Below, in pieces: positions 36,550 to 50,718 of a DNA stretch of 64,000 nt. This stretch comes from an uncultured delta proteobacterium. GTDB lineage: Bacteria; Desulfobacterota; RBG-13-43-22. Numbering within the stretch: position 1 is the first letter of the stretch; each line of letters starts with the position of its first letter. Location of the stretch: assembly GCA_963790475.1 (NCBI GenBank), contig CAWBOS010000010.1, positions 608,001 to 672,000 of the forward strand, read 5' to 3'. Under the pieces are notes generated by a model. It was not told the DNA's origin, made no database searches, and was given only the letters and a program-made list of their open reading frames with translations. The position numbers were made by a program, and so were the translations under genes.

Positions 36550-38334
36550 TTAGCGGTTCTTGGTTTTCCTCAGGCGGATGGACAGGGGGGTTACTTCCAC
36601 CTGTTCGTCGTCATTGATATATTCCATGGCTTGTTCGAGGGTGAATCGGCGAGGAGGAACCAGGCGCAAGGCCTCATCGGCATTGGCGGCCCGGATATTG
36701 GTCAGTTTTTTTTCTTTGGTGATATTCACCCATAGGTCCTCGGGGCGGGAATTTTCACCAACGACCAATCCGGCATAGACCGGATCTCCGGGATTGACAA
36801 AAATGACGCCCCGGGGTTGAAGGTGAAAGATGGCATAAGAAACGGCTTTGCCGGGCCGGTCGGAAACCAGGACCCCGTTCGGCCGGGAGGGAATGGCCCC
36901 GGCATAAGCGGTGTGGCCGATGACCAGGGTGTTGAAAAGTCCGGTGCCCCGGGTATCGGTCAAGAATTGACTTCGAAAACCGATCAATCCCCGGGAAGGG
37001 ATTTCAAATTCAAGGCGCACCCGGCCGGAGCCATGGTTGATCATCTTGGTCATTCTACCACGACGGGCACTCAGCTTCTCGTTGACCACCCCCACGTGGA
37101 TCTCCGGAATGTCGACAACGGCCAGTTCCAGCGGTTCCATCAGCTTTCCATCGATCTGACGGGTGATGATTTTCGGTTTGGAAAGAGAAAGTTCAAAACC
37201 TTCCCGACGCATCATTTCCACAAGTACGGCCAATTGCAATTCGCCCCGGGCGCTGACCTTAAAAGAATCCCGATGTTCCGCCTCCTCTACGCTGATACTC
37301 ACGTTGTAAAGCAGTTCTTTATCCAACCGTTCTTTGATGTGACGGGAGGTTAAGAGCCGCCCTTCCTTGCCGGCCAAAGGAGAGGTATTGACCGAAAAGA
37401 CCATGGAGAGGGTTGGTTCTTCTACCGTGATGATCGGCAAGGGCCGGGGATCATCGGGATCGCCCAGGGTATCGCCGATAAAAACATCATCCACCCCGGC
37501 CACAGCGGCAATATCTCCGGCTTCGATGAGATCCCGCTCCACCCGGTTGAGGCCTTCATAGGAGTAAACCTGGCTGAGTGTGGCCTTGCCGGTCATCACG
37601 CCACTCTTGAGGAGGGCTATCTCTTGTCTTACCTTTAAATGACCGCCGACTATCTTGCCCACCGCGATTCGACCTACGTAGTCGCTATAATCCAGATTGG
37701 TTACCAGGAACTGCAAAGGGGCCTGGGGGTCACAGACCGGTGCGGGGATGGATTTTATAATGGCTTCAAAAAGAGGGGTCAGGTTTTCCCCTTGGCCGTC
37801 GGGATCGGTCAAGGCGATGCCGGCCCGGGCATTGGTATATAGGACTGGAAAATCGAGCTGGTCTTCTGTGGCCTCCAGATCGATAAAGAGATCGTAAATT
37901 TCATCCAGGACCTCCTTGATCCGGCGGTCCGGGCGATCGATCTTATTAATTACCACGATGGGGGGGAGCCTTCGTTCCAGGGCCTTGCCCAAGACAAAAC
38001 GGGTCTGGGGCAGAGGACCTTCGGTGGCATCCACCAGAAGCATGACCCCATCCACCATATTCAAAGTCCGTTCTACTTCTCCGCCGAAATCGGCGTGACC
38101 GGGGGTATCGACAATATTGATCTTGACCCCTTCATAGACAATGGCCGTATTCTTGGCCATAATGGTGATGCCTTTTTCCCGCTCCAGGTCCATACTGTCC
38201 ATGACCCGTTCGACCACCTGCTGGTTTTCCCGGAAGACACCGCTTTGCCAGAGCATGGCATCCACCAGAGTGGTCTTGCCGTGATCGACGTGGGCAATAA
38301 TGGCTAAGTTTCTCAAATCCTTACGAGTGGGCAT
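36550..38334 (-). CDS. typA: Translational GTPase TypA/BipA
   Basis: [51 protein letters not shown]. Confidence 0.97.
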   Translation of the reverse strand: MPTRKDLRNLAIIAHVDHGKTTLVDAMLWQSGVFRENQQVVERVMDSMDLEREKGITIMAKNTAIVYEGVKINIVDTPGHADFGGEVERTLNMVDGVMLLVDATEGPLPQTRFVLGKALERRLPPIVVINKIDRPDRRIKEVLDEIYDLFIDLEATEDQLDFPVLYTNARAGIALTDPDGQGENLTPLFEAIIKSIPAPVCDPQAPLQFLVTNLDYSDYVGRIAVGKIVGGHLKVRQEIALLKSGVMTGKATLSQVYSYEGLNRVERDLIEAGDIAAVAGVDDVFIGDTLGDPDDPRPLPIITVEEPTLSMVFSVNTSPLAGKEGRLLTSRHIKERLDKELLYNVSISVEEAEHRDSFKVSARGELQLAVLVEMMRREGFELSLSKPKIITRQIDGKLMEPLELAVVDIPEIHVGVVNEKLSARRGRMTKMINHGSGRVRLEFEIPSRGLIGFRSQFLTDTRGTGLFNTLVIGHTAYAGAIPSRPNGVLVSDRPGKAVSYAIFHLQPRGVIFVNPGDPVYAGLVVGENSRPEDLWVNITKEKKLTNIRAANADEALRLVPPRRFTLEQAMEYINDDEQVEVTPLSIRLRKTKNR

Positions 38335-38340
38335 AGCAGT

Positions 38341-38823
38341 CTACTCAACGGTCACTTTTCCCATGGTGACCTGGGAAAGGGGCCGGTCATTGGGGTCCGT
38401 TGGCCCGCAGGCGATGGCATTAACCACCTTCTGGCCTTCGGTGACCTGTCCAAAGATGGTATAGTTGGGGGGGAGGGGATAAGTTACGTGCATAATAAAG
38501 AACTGGGATCCATTAGTGTTTGGCCCGGCATTGGCCATGGCCACGGTCCCGGCCTGGTAGCCCTTTTGGTAAAGGGTTGAGACCGGATTGATCTCATCGT
38601 TAAAGCGGCCGCCCCAAGCCGATTGGCCCCCCCGTCCAGTACCGGTGGGATCTCCTCCCTGAATCATAAATCCTTTGATGGTTCGGTGGAATATGACTCC
38701 GTCGAAGTAACCTTTTTCAGCCAGGGTGATGAAATTTTCAGTGGTTTTAGGGGCCTCCGTTTCCAAAAGTTCAAAGCGGATAGTCCCTTGATTGGTTTTA
38801 ATGACGGCTTGGCGATTGGCCAT
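38341..38823 (-). CDS. ppiA: Cyclophilin-type peptidyl-prolyl isomerase
   Basis: FHRTIKGFMIQGGDPTGTG, AMANAGPNTNGSQFFI. Confidence 0.9.
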   Translation of the reverse strand: MANRQAVIKTNQGTIRFELLETEAPKTTENFITLAEKGYFDGVIFHRTIKGFMIQGGDPTGTGRGGQSAWGGRFNDEINPVSTLYQKGYQAGTVAMANAGPNTNGSQFFIMHVTYPLPPNYTIFGQVTEGQKVVNAIACGPTDPNDRPLSQVTMGKVTVE

Positions 38824-38851
38824 GCTTTCTCCTCCTCAATAAAATAAAAAT

Positions 38852-38959
38852 GGTGGGCAAAGTTATAATTGAGACGGCGCTCCCGATAGACAGGATTTTC
38901 CGGACGCCCCGGGACTAAGTCTCTAACCCGGTACTTGGAGCGATAATCATTTGCCCACC
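38852..38959 (-). ncRNA. Candidate structured 5' leader RNA of the ppiA-typA operon
   Basis: GGTGGGCAAA/TTTGCCCACC closing stem, CGCTCC/GGAGCG, CCGGG/CCCGG, possible GAGAC/GTCTC pseudoknot; promoter TTGCCT...TGnTATCAT just upstream. Confidence 0.45.
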
Positions 38960-39418
38960 GTCGAAAATGATAACAGTTTGAGCCAGAAAGGCAAGCAAAA
39001 ATTTTATCGGAGCCTGTGCACTCGAATCAATCGATCTGTGCCCATATTTATCTTTAACGATTTTAACTTGCCTAATTAACTTGATTTAACAATATTTTCG
39101 TAATTGATTCCTGAATTCTGGCAGGAATAACTCCTATGAATCTAGGAGGATAGGCCTTGGTCAGGGAGTTATAATCCATTTCAGTTTTATGACTTGCGTA
39201 CCGATAAAAAAGTGTTCCAGATTAACAAGATAGGATCATATTCTTTTCATTTTGACCTTAGGGCGTTTGTTAAGCTCAGGGGGATTTTACATTAATACAA
39301 TAACTCGATAAGGAACCAACAGTGGAATCGTTATCATGATGCTAATTCAAGAATCCCCTCTATCCGGGCAAATAATTACCCTGTTAAAACCGGTGGGGAA
39401 AGAAATTCCTTTTCGTAT

Positions 39419-40825
39419 GAGCCTCTTGCAAAAGTCTATTTTTAGGGAATAGACAAGCATAAAGAGTGAGCCTCAGCGGTGGTTCTGTGTTAAGATGATG
39501 TTTAGAAAGAACACAAAAAAACACAGGAGACACCGATGAAGCTCTGGAAAAAAGTATCATGGTTAAGGGGTAGATTGCAACAAGGTTTATTTTCCGATTT
39601 AGAAGAATGTTGGGAACAGCCTTTGACTGAAAAAGAGGAACGGCTGGTGACGATATTGGAACTGGTTGAGGTTGAAAGATATGTTCCCCGGAGTTCTTTA
39701 AATCAGTGGATGGGGAGGAAGATCCTTGAGCGCCAAGCGATAGCGCGGGCTTTTGTGGCCAAGACGGTCTATAACCATTCCTTCACCAGATCAACCATTG
39801 AACATTTGAAAACGACGTCTAATGTAAGACGCATCTGCGGGTTCGAAAAGGTATCCGACATTCCCTCTGAGGCCACTTTTTCCAGGGCCTTTGCGGAGTT
39901 TGCCGAAGGGGGGCTTGGCGAAAAAGTTCACGAAGCCCTGGTGGAACGTTGTTTAAAGCCGGAACTGGTTGGTCATATATCCCGAGACGCAACGGCCATA
40001 GAAGGTCGGGAAAAGCCGACTAAGAAGCCTGTAAAAGAAAAGCCTGCGCCGAAGAAGAGAGGACGTCCAGTCAAGGGAGAACTCCGTGATTCCAAGGAAG
40101 ACAAACGCTTGACCAGGCAACGAGAGCAATCAGTTGAAGAGGCCTTAAAAGAATTGCCGGTTTACTGCGACGTAGGGACCAAGAAGAACTCCAAAGGGTA
40201 CAAAGAGACCTGGGTCGGGTATAAACTCCATGCCGATGTTAATGATTGCGGATTGCCGGTGAGTGTCGTCTTGACCGCAGCATCGCTTCATGACAGCCAG
40301 GTCGCTATACCGTTAATGAAGATGACTAGTTCCAAGGTGGATTATCTTTATGATTTGATGGATGCCGCTTATGACGCTGGATCTATCTATGCAATCAGCA
40401 GAGCTCTGGGACATGTGCCCATTATCGACAAGAACTTCCGCGGTAAGGATGTGATCCCTATGGCTCCCCACGAGGCCAGAAGATTTAATGGAAGGACAGC
40501 ATCAGAACGGTTCAATAGCCGGTTAAAAGAAGAGTTCGGTGCCAAGAATGTCATGGTCCGAGGAGCCTTGAAAGTCAATCTCCATCTCATGTTTGGCGTC
40601 CTGGCGCTCTTTGCGGATCAGTTGATAAAGTTGGCTTCCTGAGTAAATTTTCAAAGAACGGGGTGAAAAGTTCAGGTCAGGAGGAGAACTATGCCTGAAA
40701 ATTGTTACCAAAGTCTCAAATCTGACTATCGTCGTTAAGAAAGACCCAAAATTTCTAAATCGACTGGGATAACCGCCTGCTGATATATTTCATCATGCAG
40801 TTTTTATAAGTTTTGCAAAAGGTTC
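39419..40825 (+). mobile_element. Insertion sequence, copy 2 (same family as 206-1612)
   Basis: Same 1407-bp unit; 4-bp GTAT target duplication. Confidence 0.92.
39536..40642 (+). CDS. DDE transposase, protein identical to 323-1429
   Basis: Identical translation in the ORF track. Confidence 0.9.
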   Translation: MKLWKKVSWLRGRLQQGLFSDLEECWEQPLTEKEERLVTILELVEVERYVPRSSLNQWMGRKILERQAIARAFVAKTVYNHSFTRSTIEHLKTTSNVRRICGFEKVSDIPSEATFSRAFAEFAEGGLGEKVHEALVERCLKPELVGHISRDATAIEGREKPTKKPVKEKPAPKKRGRPVKGELRDSKEDKRLTRQREQSVEEALKELPVYCDVGTKKNSKGYKETWVGYKLHADVNDCGLPVSVVLTAASLHDSQVAIPLMKMTSSKVDYLYDLMDAAYDAGSIYAISRALGHVPIIDKNFRGKDVIPMAPHEARRFNGRTASERFNSRLKEEFGAKNVMVRGALKVNLHLMFGVLALFADQLIKLAS

Positions 40826-41125
40826 GTATGGGTGAAATTATCGAGGGTCAGGTGGCCGAGCTGGATTCATCTGCCGGATTTCTTCAGGATTTATACCAGG
40901 CCGTGGCCGAAATTTTAATCTTCATCTATAAAATGAATAATAAGGTTTTACCGGAATCATAAAAGAAGTCATCCCATAAAAATTTTCCGGCCGGGAATTT
41001 TTTTCCCACTTTTATTAAGATTAAATCTTATCCAAAAGCCCCAGCAGACTCCGCCAGAAAAGGAACTCTTGAATAATCGACCTGATTAAAGGGAGTTTGA
41101 AAAGCCTGGTGTCAATTTTATCCTC

Positions 41126-41142
41126 TTGGCATGAGGATTGCT
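41126..41142 (+). promoter_or_regulatory. sigma-54 promoter of motAB
   Basis: TTGGCATGAGGATTGCT, GG-N10-GC. Confidence 0.75.
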
Positions 41143-41200
41143 TTCCCAAAACATAAAATCTGTTTTTGTTCATCAACCCACCCTATTGAGGAGGAATAGA

Positions 41201-42001
41201 ATGAATCTGCTGGTCACCATCATCTTATCATTAGGAATATTTTTCTTTATACTACCCATTATTCGAAATACAGGAGCGGAGATGTTTCTTAATCTTGATG
41301 CCCTGTTAATTATAGGCAGCGGGACTCTGGTCGGGTTGTTTGTTGGGTTTCCATTTCCAAGAATCAAGGCCGCTTTCTTTCATGTTAAAGACTCTTTTGG
41401 GGACCGAGAGAACAGGACCACTCTGCTGAAAGAAATCCTTTTCATGGCCGGATTGTACCGGCGGGGTAATATTCGGGAATTGGAACGGCGGGAGGCAGAA
41501 ATTAAGGATGATTTTTTTAGACTTGGGATGCATCTGTTAATCAACCAACATCCCCAGGAAGAAATAAAAAATGTCTTAGAACGAGAAATGGCCCTCAGGA
41601 TTATCAATCATAATTTGAGTCAAAATATCCTTAAGACCCTGGCCAGGCTCACCCCGGCCCTGGGTCTGGCCGGGACAATAGTCAGCCTGATTAAGATGTT
41701 TGATCATTTCCAGTCGATTGAAACCATGACCCCGATGATGGCCGTAGCCCTCATGTCCACTTTTTATGGCGTAATTATTGCCAACCTGATTATGCTGCCT
41801 CTGTCTTCGAAACTGAAGGAAAAGACCATTCTCAGTGAATCCTTGATGGCCATGACTATTGAAGGCCTGGTGGCTATCAGCGAAAGGGAACATCCGCTCA
41901 AGATTGAAGAAAAGTTGGCCGGCACTAGCGGGCTGAGAGAAACTCCTGCCGTTTCGCCAGGTAGGCATATGGCTTGGGGTGAATTAAAGGTCGGGCTATA
42001 A
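41201..42001 (+). CDS. motA: Flagellar stator protein MotA/PomA family
   Basis: PALGLAGTIVSLIKM, MAVALMSTFYGVIIANL; GAGGAGG RBS. Confidence 0.85.
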   Translation: MNLLVTIILSLGIFFFILPIIRNTGAEMFLNLDALLIIGSGTLVGLFVGFPFPRIKAAFFHVKDSFGDRENRTTLLKEILFMAGLYRRGNIRELERREAEIKDDFFRLGMHLLINQHPQEEIKNVLEREMALRIINHNLSQNILKTLARLTPALGLAGTIVSLIKMFDHFQSIETMTPMMAVALMSTFYGVIIANLIMLPLSSKLKEKTILSESLMAMTIEGLVAISEREHPLKIEEKLAGTSGLRETPAVSPGRHMAWGELKVGL

Positions 42002-42040
42002 CTTTTAAGATTTGTTTCCTTTAGGTAGGAGAAACGAACC

Positions 42041-42757
42041 ATGAACGGGATCACTGGAAAACATTCGACTTACAAGGAAGGCCGGTATCAAAAAATGATT
42101 GCCTCTTCTATCGACTCGGTGGATGAGGACCAGAACTGGTTGATCACCTTGAGTGATCTTTTGTCTTTGCTACTGGTTTTTTTCATTATTTTCTTTGCTT
42201 TGTCCAAGGTGCCGGGAAAGAAAAAAGAAGCTCCAATGCATCAACAAACGAGCGCAGGAATCTCAGAGACAATCTCAAATTCCAAACAGAATAACCCCAT
42301 GGAATCGATCCAGAAGGATATGCAAACCGCAGTGACAGGGCTGGGCATGGACGATCAGGTGATAATCCAAGCCGGGGAACGAGAGATTCTTATTACCATG
42401 AAGGAAAACGTGACCTTTCGTACCGGAGAGGCGGAAATATTGAAAGGTTCGGAGCCGATTCTGGGTACCATTGCTGAAATCGTGAAGAGATATCCTTCTT
42501 TTCAAGTGGAAATCGACGGCCATACCGATGATGTACCGATCAATACCAGACGATTTCCTTCCAATTGGGAGCTTTCGGTAGCCAGGGCCACCAGTGTCTT
42601 AAAGTACTTGATTATAAGCCAGGGATTGGATCCGGCTCGTTTCACCATTAAAGGGAATGCCGAACAACGCCCCTTGTCCCCAAACAGCACTCCCGAACTG
42701 CGAGCTCAAAACCGGCGAGTGGAGATAAGGTTAAGAGATCATCTGGCCGCTGGATAA
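42041..42757 (+). CDS. motB: Flagellar stator protein MotB (OmpA domain)
   Basis: WLITLSDLLSLLLVFF, GHTDDVP, NWELSVARA, NRRVEI. Confidence 0.9.
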   Translation: MNGITGKHSTYKEGRYQKMIASSIDSVDEDQNWLITLSDLLSLLLVFFIIFFALSKVPGKKKEAPMHQQTSAGISETISNSKQNNPMESIQKDMQTAVTGLGMDDQVIIQAGEREILITMKENVTFRTGEAEILKGSEPILGTIAEIVKRYPSFQVEIDGHTDDVPINTRRFPSNWELSVARATSVLKYLIISQGLDPARFTIKGNAEQRPLSPNSTPELRAQNRRVEIRLRDHLAAG

Positions 42758-42854
42758 TAAGATTAATAGGGTTCGAATTTACGGAGTTAGAAAGATACCA
42801 AACGACCCAAGAAACCCAGTAGCCCGAGAAACAGGAGGTTCTCTCTGGTTCGGG

Positions 42855-43229
42855 TCAGGCATCCAATATCTCTCTCATCTTTTGGGTCAGTACTCTGGGA
42901 TGGAAGGGCTTTTGGAGCAAAGGTAGCTCGGAACTCATTTCCCTTTCCTTGATGAGGGTGTCCATGGGATAGCCGGACATATTTAAAACTTTCAGGGGCT
43001 TCTACTGCTGAGGATGCAGAAAGGACACGGTATCCAAATCGTGAGCCACTCCGCCTGCCAGAAGTCCGATGGCCTCCAGTTTTTGAAATTGCCTCAATTC
43101 TTCCTCCAATCGTTCTTTTTCTTTTCCAAAAGATCTCTGCTCGGTGATATCTCTGGCGATTCCCTGAAACCTGAACACAAGGTGTGTTAGATCGGACCTT
43201 TCGTTGAATGATTTAAGAGATATGAGCAT
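42855..43229 (-). pseudogene. Internally deleted PAS hybrid histidine kinase / receiver
   Basis: GIARDITE...QKLEAIGLLAGGVAHDL joined directly to a receiver tail KVLNMSGY...LLQKPF...MREILDA*. Confidence 0.75.
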
Positions 43230-43466
43230 TAACCCGATAACAGGATAAGATTTTTCGCCGTTTCTACAATCTCTTTTCCTGAGGGTTAAGAAGAAAACTT
43301 TCTCGGTTTCTGAAAAGAGATGGAAAAGGTGAGGAGAAAAGTTTTATGCGAGAGATTAATAATGAAGTAATCCTCGAGTCAATAAATTGACTTTTTTGGA
43401 AGGTCAAAAATTAAATAAAAATTTTCGATATGATAACTTATTATTATAGTTTATCAAAATAGTCTT

Positions 43467-43482
43467 AGGTATAATTATTGCA
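43467..43482 (+). promoter_or_regulatory. Possible sigma-54 promoter of the che operon
   Basis: AGGTATAATTATTGCA, GG-N10-GC with an imperfect -24. Confidence 0.4.
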
Positions 43483-43518
43483 TAAAATTTAAGAAGAATT
43501 TTAAGGACCTTATCATAT

Positions 43519-43660
43519 GAGCTGGTTTTTGAAAAGTCCCTGAAAACGTATTTTCGTCACTCCAGTGAAAACAGATTAGTGGATGGAACTGGTTCCCGGC
43601 TTTCGCCGGGACAACTCCGAGTTTCCGCTTTGATAGTGATGACTCTTCCGACTTTTTTGG
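43519..43660. repeat. Degenerate REP/MITE remnant
   Basis: AAAAGTC...CGTCACTCCAGTGAAAAC...CTGGTTCCCGGCTTTCGCCGGGA...GACTTTT resembles the 24335 element. Confidence 0.4.
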
Positions 43661-43758
43661 TGTTGGTAAATATTGCTCAACCCTGTTTGTCGGAGAAAAA
43701 TTTGGGAAAGGCTGTGAATCTTAACGGCAACAGGGGTCAATAAAAAAAGGAAAAAATT

Positions 43759-47035
<3,277 letters not shown>

Positions 47036-47416
47036 GTTTTTTTCAAAAATTCGGTTAGCCCTTTTTATTTTCAAGATCCAGAACCTATAGGGTTTTTTTG
47101 AGGAAAGGTAGACCCAAAAAATTAATAATCCTCTCGTCTTGTCAGTAACAGGTTTTTTCTGAATCCTTTCCATGGATTTATTTATAGATTCATCAATACC
47201 AACTAAAACAATTATTATTTTTTCGGACAGAACCGCAAATACCCTCTGACTGAAGAAGAGGTATCCCACCGGTGTTTTTCCCTTTCACCAATTTCTTTTT
47301 ATGGCGCTCAGGCCTATATCCCCATTAAAGTTTTTTTACCAGGAGACCGATAATTAGAAAAAATACCTGGTTCCCATAACCAAAGGAAAAGTTTATTGAG
47401 AAGGAGGTTTTTACAA

Positions 47417-47929
47417 ATGGAAGAGATATTTGAACCGCTGGATCTGACTGGAAAAAATTCCACAGAACGGGAAGGGAAATATCTGACTTTTTCCTTAGCC
47501 GGAGAGGAATATGGAATCGTAATCCTGAAAGTCAAGGAGATCATCGGAATGATGCCCGTTACGCCGGTCCCCAAGACCCCATCTTATGTCAAAGGCGTCA
47601 TTAATCTTCGGGGAAAAGTAATCCCCGTGGCTGACCTGAGACTGAAATTCGATATGGATGAGGCTGCCTATACGGAGAGGACCTGCATTATTGTGGTTGA
47701 GATCAAGGATGGTCTTGGACATGTCCTAATGGGTATTGTGGTCGATTCCGTTTCCGAAGTCCTAAACATCAAAGGCCCAGAAATCGAAGATACTCCGGCC
47801 TTTGGGACCCAAATGGATACGGATTATATCCTAGGGATGGCCAAGACCGGCGGCGGAGTCAAGATCCTTCTGGACATCGACAAGGTCTTCGGCGGCGAAG
47901 AAATGCTCGAACTGGACCAAGCTGCTTAA
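47417..47929 (+). CDS. cheW: Chemotaxis protein CheW
   Basis: YLTFSL, VKGVINLRGKVIPV, GIVVDSVSEV. Confidence 0.95.
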   Translation: MEEIFEPLDLTGKNSTEREGKYLTFSLAGEEYGIVILKVKEIIGMMPVTPVPKTPSYVKGVINLRGKVIPVADLRLKFDMDEAAYTERTCIIVVEIKDGLGHVLMGIVVDSVSEVLNIKGPEIEDTPAFGTQMDTDYILGMAKTGGGVKILLDIDKVFGGEEMLELDQAA

Positions 47930-48066
47930 TAATCACCGTCAGATGCCGGCAAAAACCGGTTTGATGAGTCTGATAAGAAAAAAATCCACAAATTAATCAT
48001 CTTGGGCCCCGGGAAGCAAGTTCCCTTGAAAGAAGGGCAATAGGCGAATTTTGGTGAGGAAAAACA

Positions 48067-48252
48067 ATGAGTAATATTGTAACTGCTAAAGAGGTAGGGG
48101 ATTATTTGAAATTGACGGGGTCAACCATTTATAAACTTGCTATAACTGGACAGATTCCCGGGGTTAAAATTGGAAAATCCTGGAGGTTTGATATGGATGA
48201 AATCATCAGGATCATTCAAATGAGGGAAAAGCCCCAAAAGGCATTGTGCTAA
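48067..48252 (+). CDS. HTH_17 (excisionase-like) DNA-binding protein
   Basis: VTAKEVGDYLKLTGSTIYKLA...IPGVKIGKSWRF; GAGG RBS. Confidence 0.85.
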   Translation: MSNIVTAKEVGDYLKLTGSTIYKLAITGQIPGVKIGKSWRFDMDEIIRIIQMREKPQKALC

Positions 48253-48393
48253 CAAGTTTTTTATTATCCAAAAAGCAGATCGAAAAAGAAACGGTGAGGT
48301 CAAGGGAGCTGTATTTGTCCAAATCGTTTAGCCTTCGCCTCCATGTGAAGCAGGGTTGATCGAGAAGGGTAACGAAGGAAATCGAGGCGGCCC

Positions 48394-49242
48394 ATGTTCC
48401 CGAATCAGTCAAATCATCAATCACCGGAATTTACCGAGGCGGATTTTATCAAATTCAGCCGCTTGGTTTATGACCAGTCCGGTATCAGTCTTTCCGAAAG
48501 CAAAAGAGAATTGGTCAAGGCCCGGCTGGGGAAAAGGATTCGAAAAGGAAAATTTCAATCCTTTGGAGCCTATTATAACCATGTCATAAACGATCAGTCG
48601 GGGGAGGAAATGATCCTCTTATTGGATTCTATTTCCACCAATTTCACCCATTTTTTTCGTGAAAATCACCATTTTGAATACCTAAAAAATCAACTTGTGC
48701 CCCAAATAAAGGACCGAGCGCGCAGGGCCCAAAAAAAAATCCGAATCTGGAGCGCGGGCTGCTCTTCAGGGGAAGAACCCTATTCCATCGCCATTACCTT
48801 GTTGGAGTCGCTGGGTCCTGGCCATGATTGGGATTTAAAGATCCTGGCCACCGATATTTCCAGCAAGGTTTTGAGCAGCGCCTTGTCAGGAATTTATCTC
48901 AAAGAAAAAATTCAGGCGTTACCCCCGGGCTTGGCAAAAAAATATTTCCTCCGGGGAGAGAACCAATGGCAGAATTATGTAAAAGCAAAATCCTCGCTAA
49001 ATTCAGTTATTCAGTTCCAAAGGCTTAACTTAATGGATCCTTTTTCATTTAATGAATCTTTTGACTGCATTTTTTGCCGAAACGTTATGATTTATTTTGA
49101 TAAAAAAACCCGAGAGAATTTGGTAAATCGATTTTATGACCACCTGGAAAAAGAAGGAGTCTTCTTTATCGGTCACTCTGAAAGTCTGGCCGGAATCGAA
49201 CACCCGTTCATATATGTGAAGCCAGCTATTTATAAAAAATAA
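48394..49242 (+). CDS. cheR: Chemotaxis methyltransferase CheR
   Basis: TNFTHFFRE, IWSAGCSSGEEPYS, IFCRNVMIYF, IGHSES. Confidence 0.96.
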   Translation: MFPNQSNHQSPEFTEADFIKFSRLVYDQSGISLSESKRELVKARLGKRIRKGKFQSFGAYYNHVINDQSGEEMILLLDSISTNFTHFFRENHHFEYLKNQLVPQIKDRARRAQKKIRIWSAGCSSGEEPYSIAITLLESLGPGHDWDLKILATDISSKVLSSALSGIYLKEKIQALPPGLAKKYFLRGENQWQNYVKAKSSLNSVIQFQRLNLMDPFSFNESFDCIFCRNVMIYFDKKTRENLVNRFYDHLEKEGVFFIGHSESLAGIEHPFIYVKPAIYKK

Positions 49243-49334
49243 CCAATACTGGCTAATGGCCTCTATTATTACTCAGGGTTCCCGCCGAGGAGTAGTAAGA
49301 GACCTGTGGCCCCGATGGACAAAAAAAATAATCG

Positions 49335-49814
49335 ATGAAAAGAATTGTTGGTATCGCTGCAATGGAGGTTTGCCAGGACTTGCAAACCGGTTTGATTACT
49401 TATTCATTGGGGTCCTGTATCGGGGTCACTATATACGATCCGGTGGCTAAGGTAGGGGGGCTTCTTCATTATATGCTGCCAGAATCCCAGATTGATCCTC
49501 AAAAAGCACAAAAAAATCCCTTTATGTTTGCGGATACCGGGATCCCCTTGCTATTTAAAGAGGCCTACCGTTATGGAGCGGCAAAAAGCCGGATAGTCGT
49601 TAAAGTAGCCGGGGGTTCTCAAATCCTGGACGATACCGGCTTTTTTAATATCGGTAAAAGAAATTACATGGCTTTACGAAAAATTCTGTGGAAAAATAAT
49701 ATCCTGATAAAGGCCGAGGATATAGGAGGACAGGTATCCCGTACCGTCCGATTGGACGTAGCTACCGGGAAGGTTTGGCTTAAATATTCAGGAGAGGTGG
49801 AAAGAGAATTATGA
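49335..49814 (+). CDS. cheD: Chemoreceptor glutamine deamidase CheD
   Basis: TYSLGSCIGV, GLLHYMLP, KVAGGS, IGKRN. Confidence 0.93.
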   Translation: MKRIVGIAAMEVCQDLQTGLITYSLGSCIGVTIYDPVAKVGGLLHYMLPESQIDPQKAQKNPFMFADTGIPLLFKEAYRYGAAKSRIVVKVAGGSQILDDTGFFNIGKRNYMALRKILWKNNILIKAEDIGGQVSRTVRLDVATGKVWLKYSGEVEREL

Positions 49815-50659
49815 AAATCGTGGAAACCATTATTGAGTCGTGCAGTCAGCTCCCTCCCTTTCCCGCGGTTCTCAATCGGGCGTTGAATTTGATGAATAAT
49901 CCTAACATTTCCCTGCAGGAAATTGTCGAAACCATTCAATTTGATCAGTCCATTACGGCTAATGTACTAAAAATTTGCAATTCAGCTTACTTCGGTTTGC
50001 GACAGCCCGTAGGTTCCCTGCAAGAGGCGGTCCTGTTATTAGGGTTTAGCAAGCTCTTAGAAATTCTTCTGAGCGGGGTAGCTGGTTCGATGATGGGAAA
50101 AGCGGTTTCCGGATATGACCTGGAAGCCGGTGAACTTTGGAAACATTCGGTCAGTTCGGCCCTTTTATCGCAAATTATCGCCAAGCGGATAAAAAGAGAA
50201 CCGAGCCCTTTATTGTTCACCGCTGCTCTGATCCATGATATCGGGAAAGTGATGTTAAATTCTTATGTTGCTGAGCAATCTCAATTTATCAAAGAACTTG
50301 TTCAGGCCAAAGGGATTTCCTTTTTGGAAGCGGAAAAAGAAGTCCTGGGAATCGACCATGCCGAACTCAGTGCTCTGATTATTGAACAGTGGAACTTCCC
50401 CAGAGAAATTTTCCAGGCTATTCGATTTCATCATACCCCACTTTTGGCCACCTCCGATCAGGAATACGTTTATCAGATTTATCTTTGCGACTTGGTAACC
50501 ATATTGACCGGTATCGGCGGAGGAGTTGATGGATTGTCTTACTCGGGTTTCAAACAGATCATGGTCCATTATGGTTTAAATGAAAAGGACATCGAACGCT
50601 TTATGGCCCAACTGGGGGATCAGATTGACAAAGTGGAGGTAATGATCCAGGTGCAGTAA
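49811..50659 (+). CDS. HDOD-domain protein
   Basis: LPPFP, NSAYFG, LWKHS, LIHDIGK, DHAEL, IRFHH. Confidence 0.92.
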   Translation: MKIVETIIESCSQLPPFPAVLNRALNLMNNPNISLQEIVETIQFDQSITANVLKICNSAYFGLRQPVGSLQEAVLLLGFSKLLEILLSGVAGSMMGKAVSGYDLEAGELWKHSVSSALLSQIIAKRIKREPSPLLFTAALIHDIGKVMLNSYVAEQSQFIKELVQAKGISFLEAEKEVLGIDHAELSALIIEQWNFPREIFQAIRFHHTPLLATSDQEYVYQIYLCDLVTILTGIGGGVDGLSYSGFKQIMVHYGLNEKDIERFMAQLGDQIDKVEVMIQVQ

Positions 50660-50718
50660 CCCTTTTTGAAACATCGAGGCAACTTTGAGGTTAACCGGAT
50701 AATTTTAAGGAACAAACT

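Larger units (their letters stand above)
39336..40962 (+). pseudogene. IS-interrupted chimeric remnant ending in a FlhB-C-like (EscU/YscU/HrcU switch) tail
   Basis: Removing the IS and one GTAT gives MMLIQESPLSGQIITLLKPVGKEIPFRMGEIIEGQVAELDSSAGFLQDLYQAVAEILIFIYKMNNKVLPES*. Confidence 0.6.

Noticed and set aside
40819-40830. Apparent 7-8 bp duplication TTCGTAT(G) around IS copy 2
   Set aside because: Comparison with copy 1 fixes the IS ends. The true duplication is GTAT, and the extra match comes from one IR substitution.
47040-47400. c-di-GMP riboswitch in che/flagellar spacers
   Set aside because: No GEMM-type GGCAAA...GAAA...GACGCAAAG consensus found; only simple hairpins.
49270-49320. 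GAGGAGTAG...GAGACC resembling a yybP-ykoY riboswitch
   Set aside because: Motifs are too close together and the four-way junction is absent.
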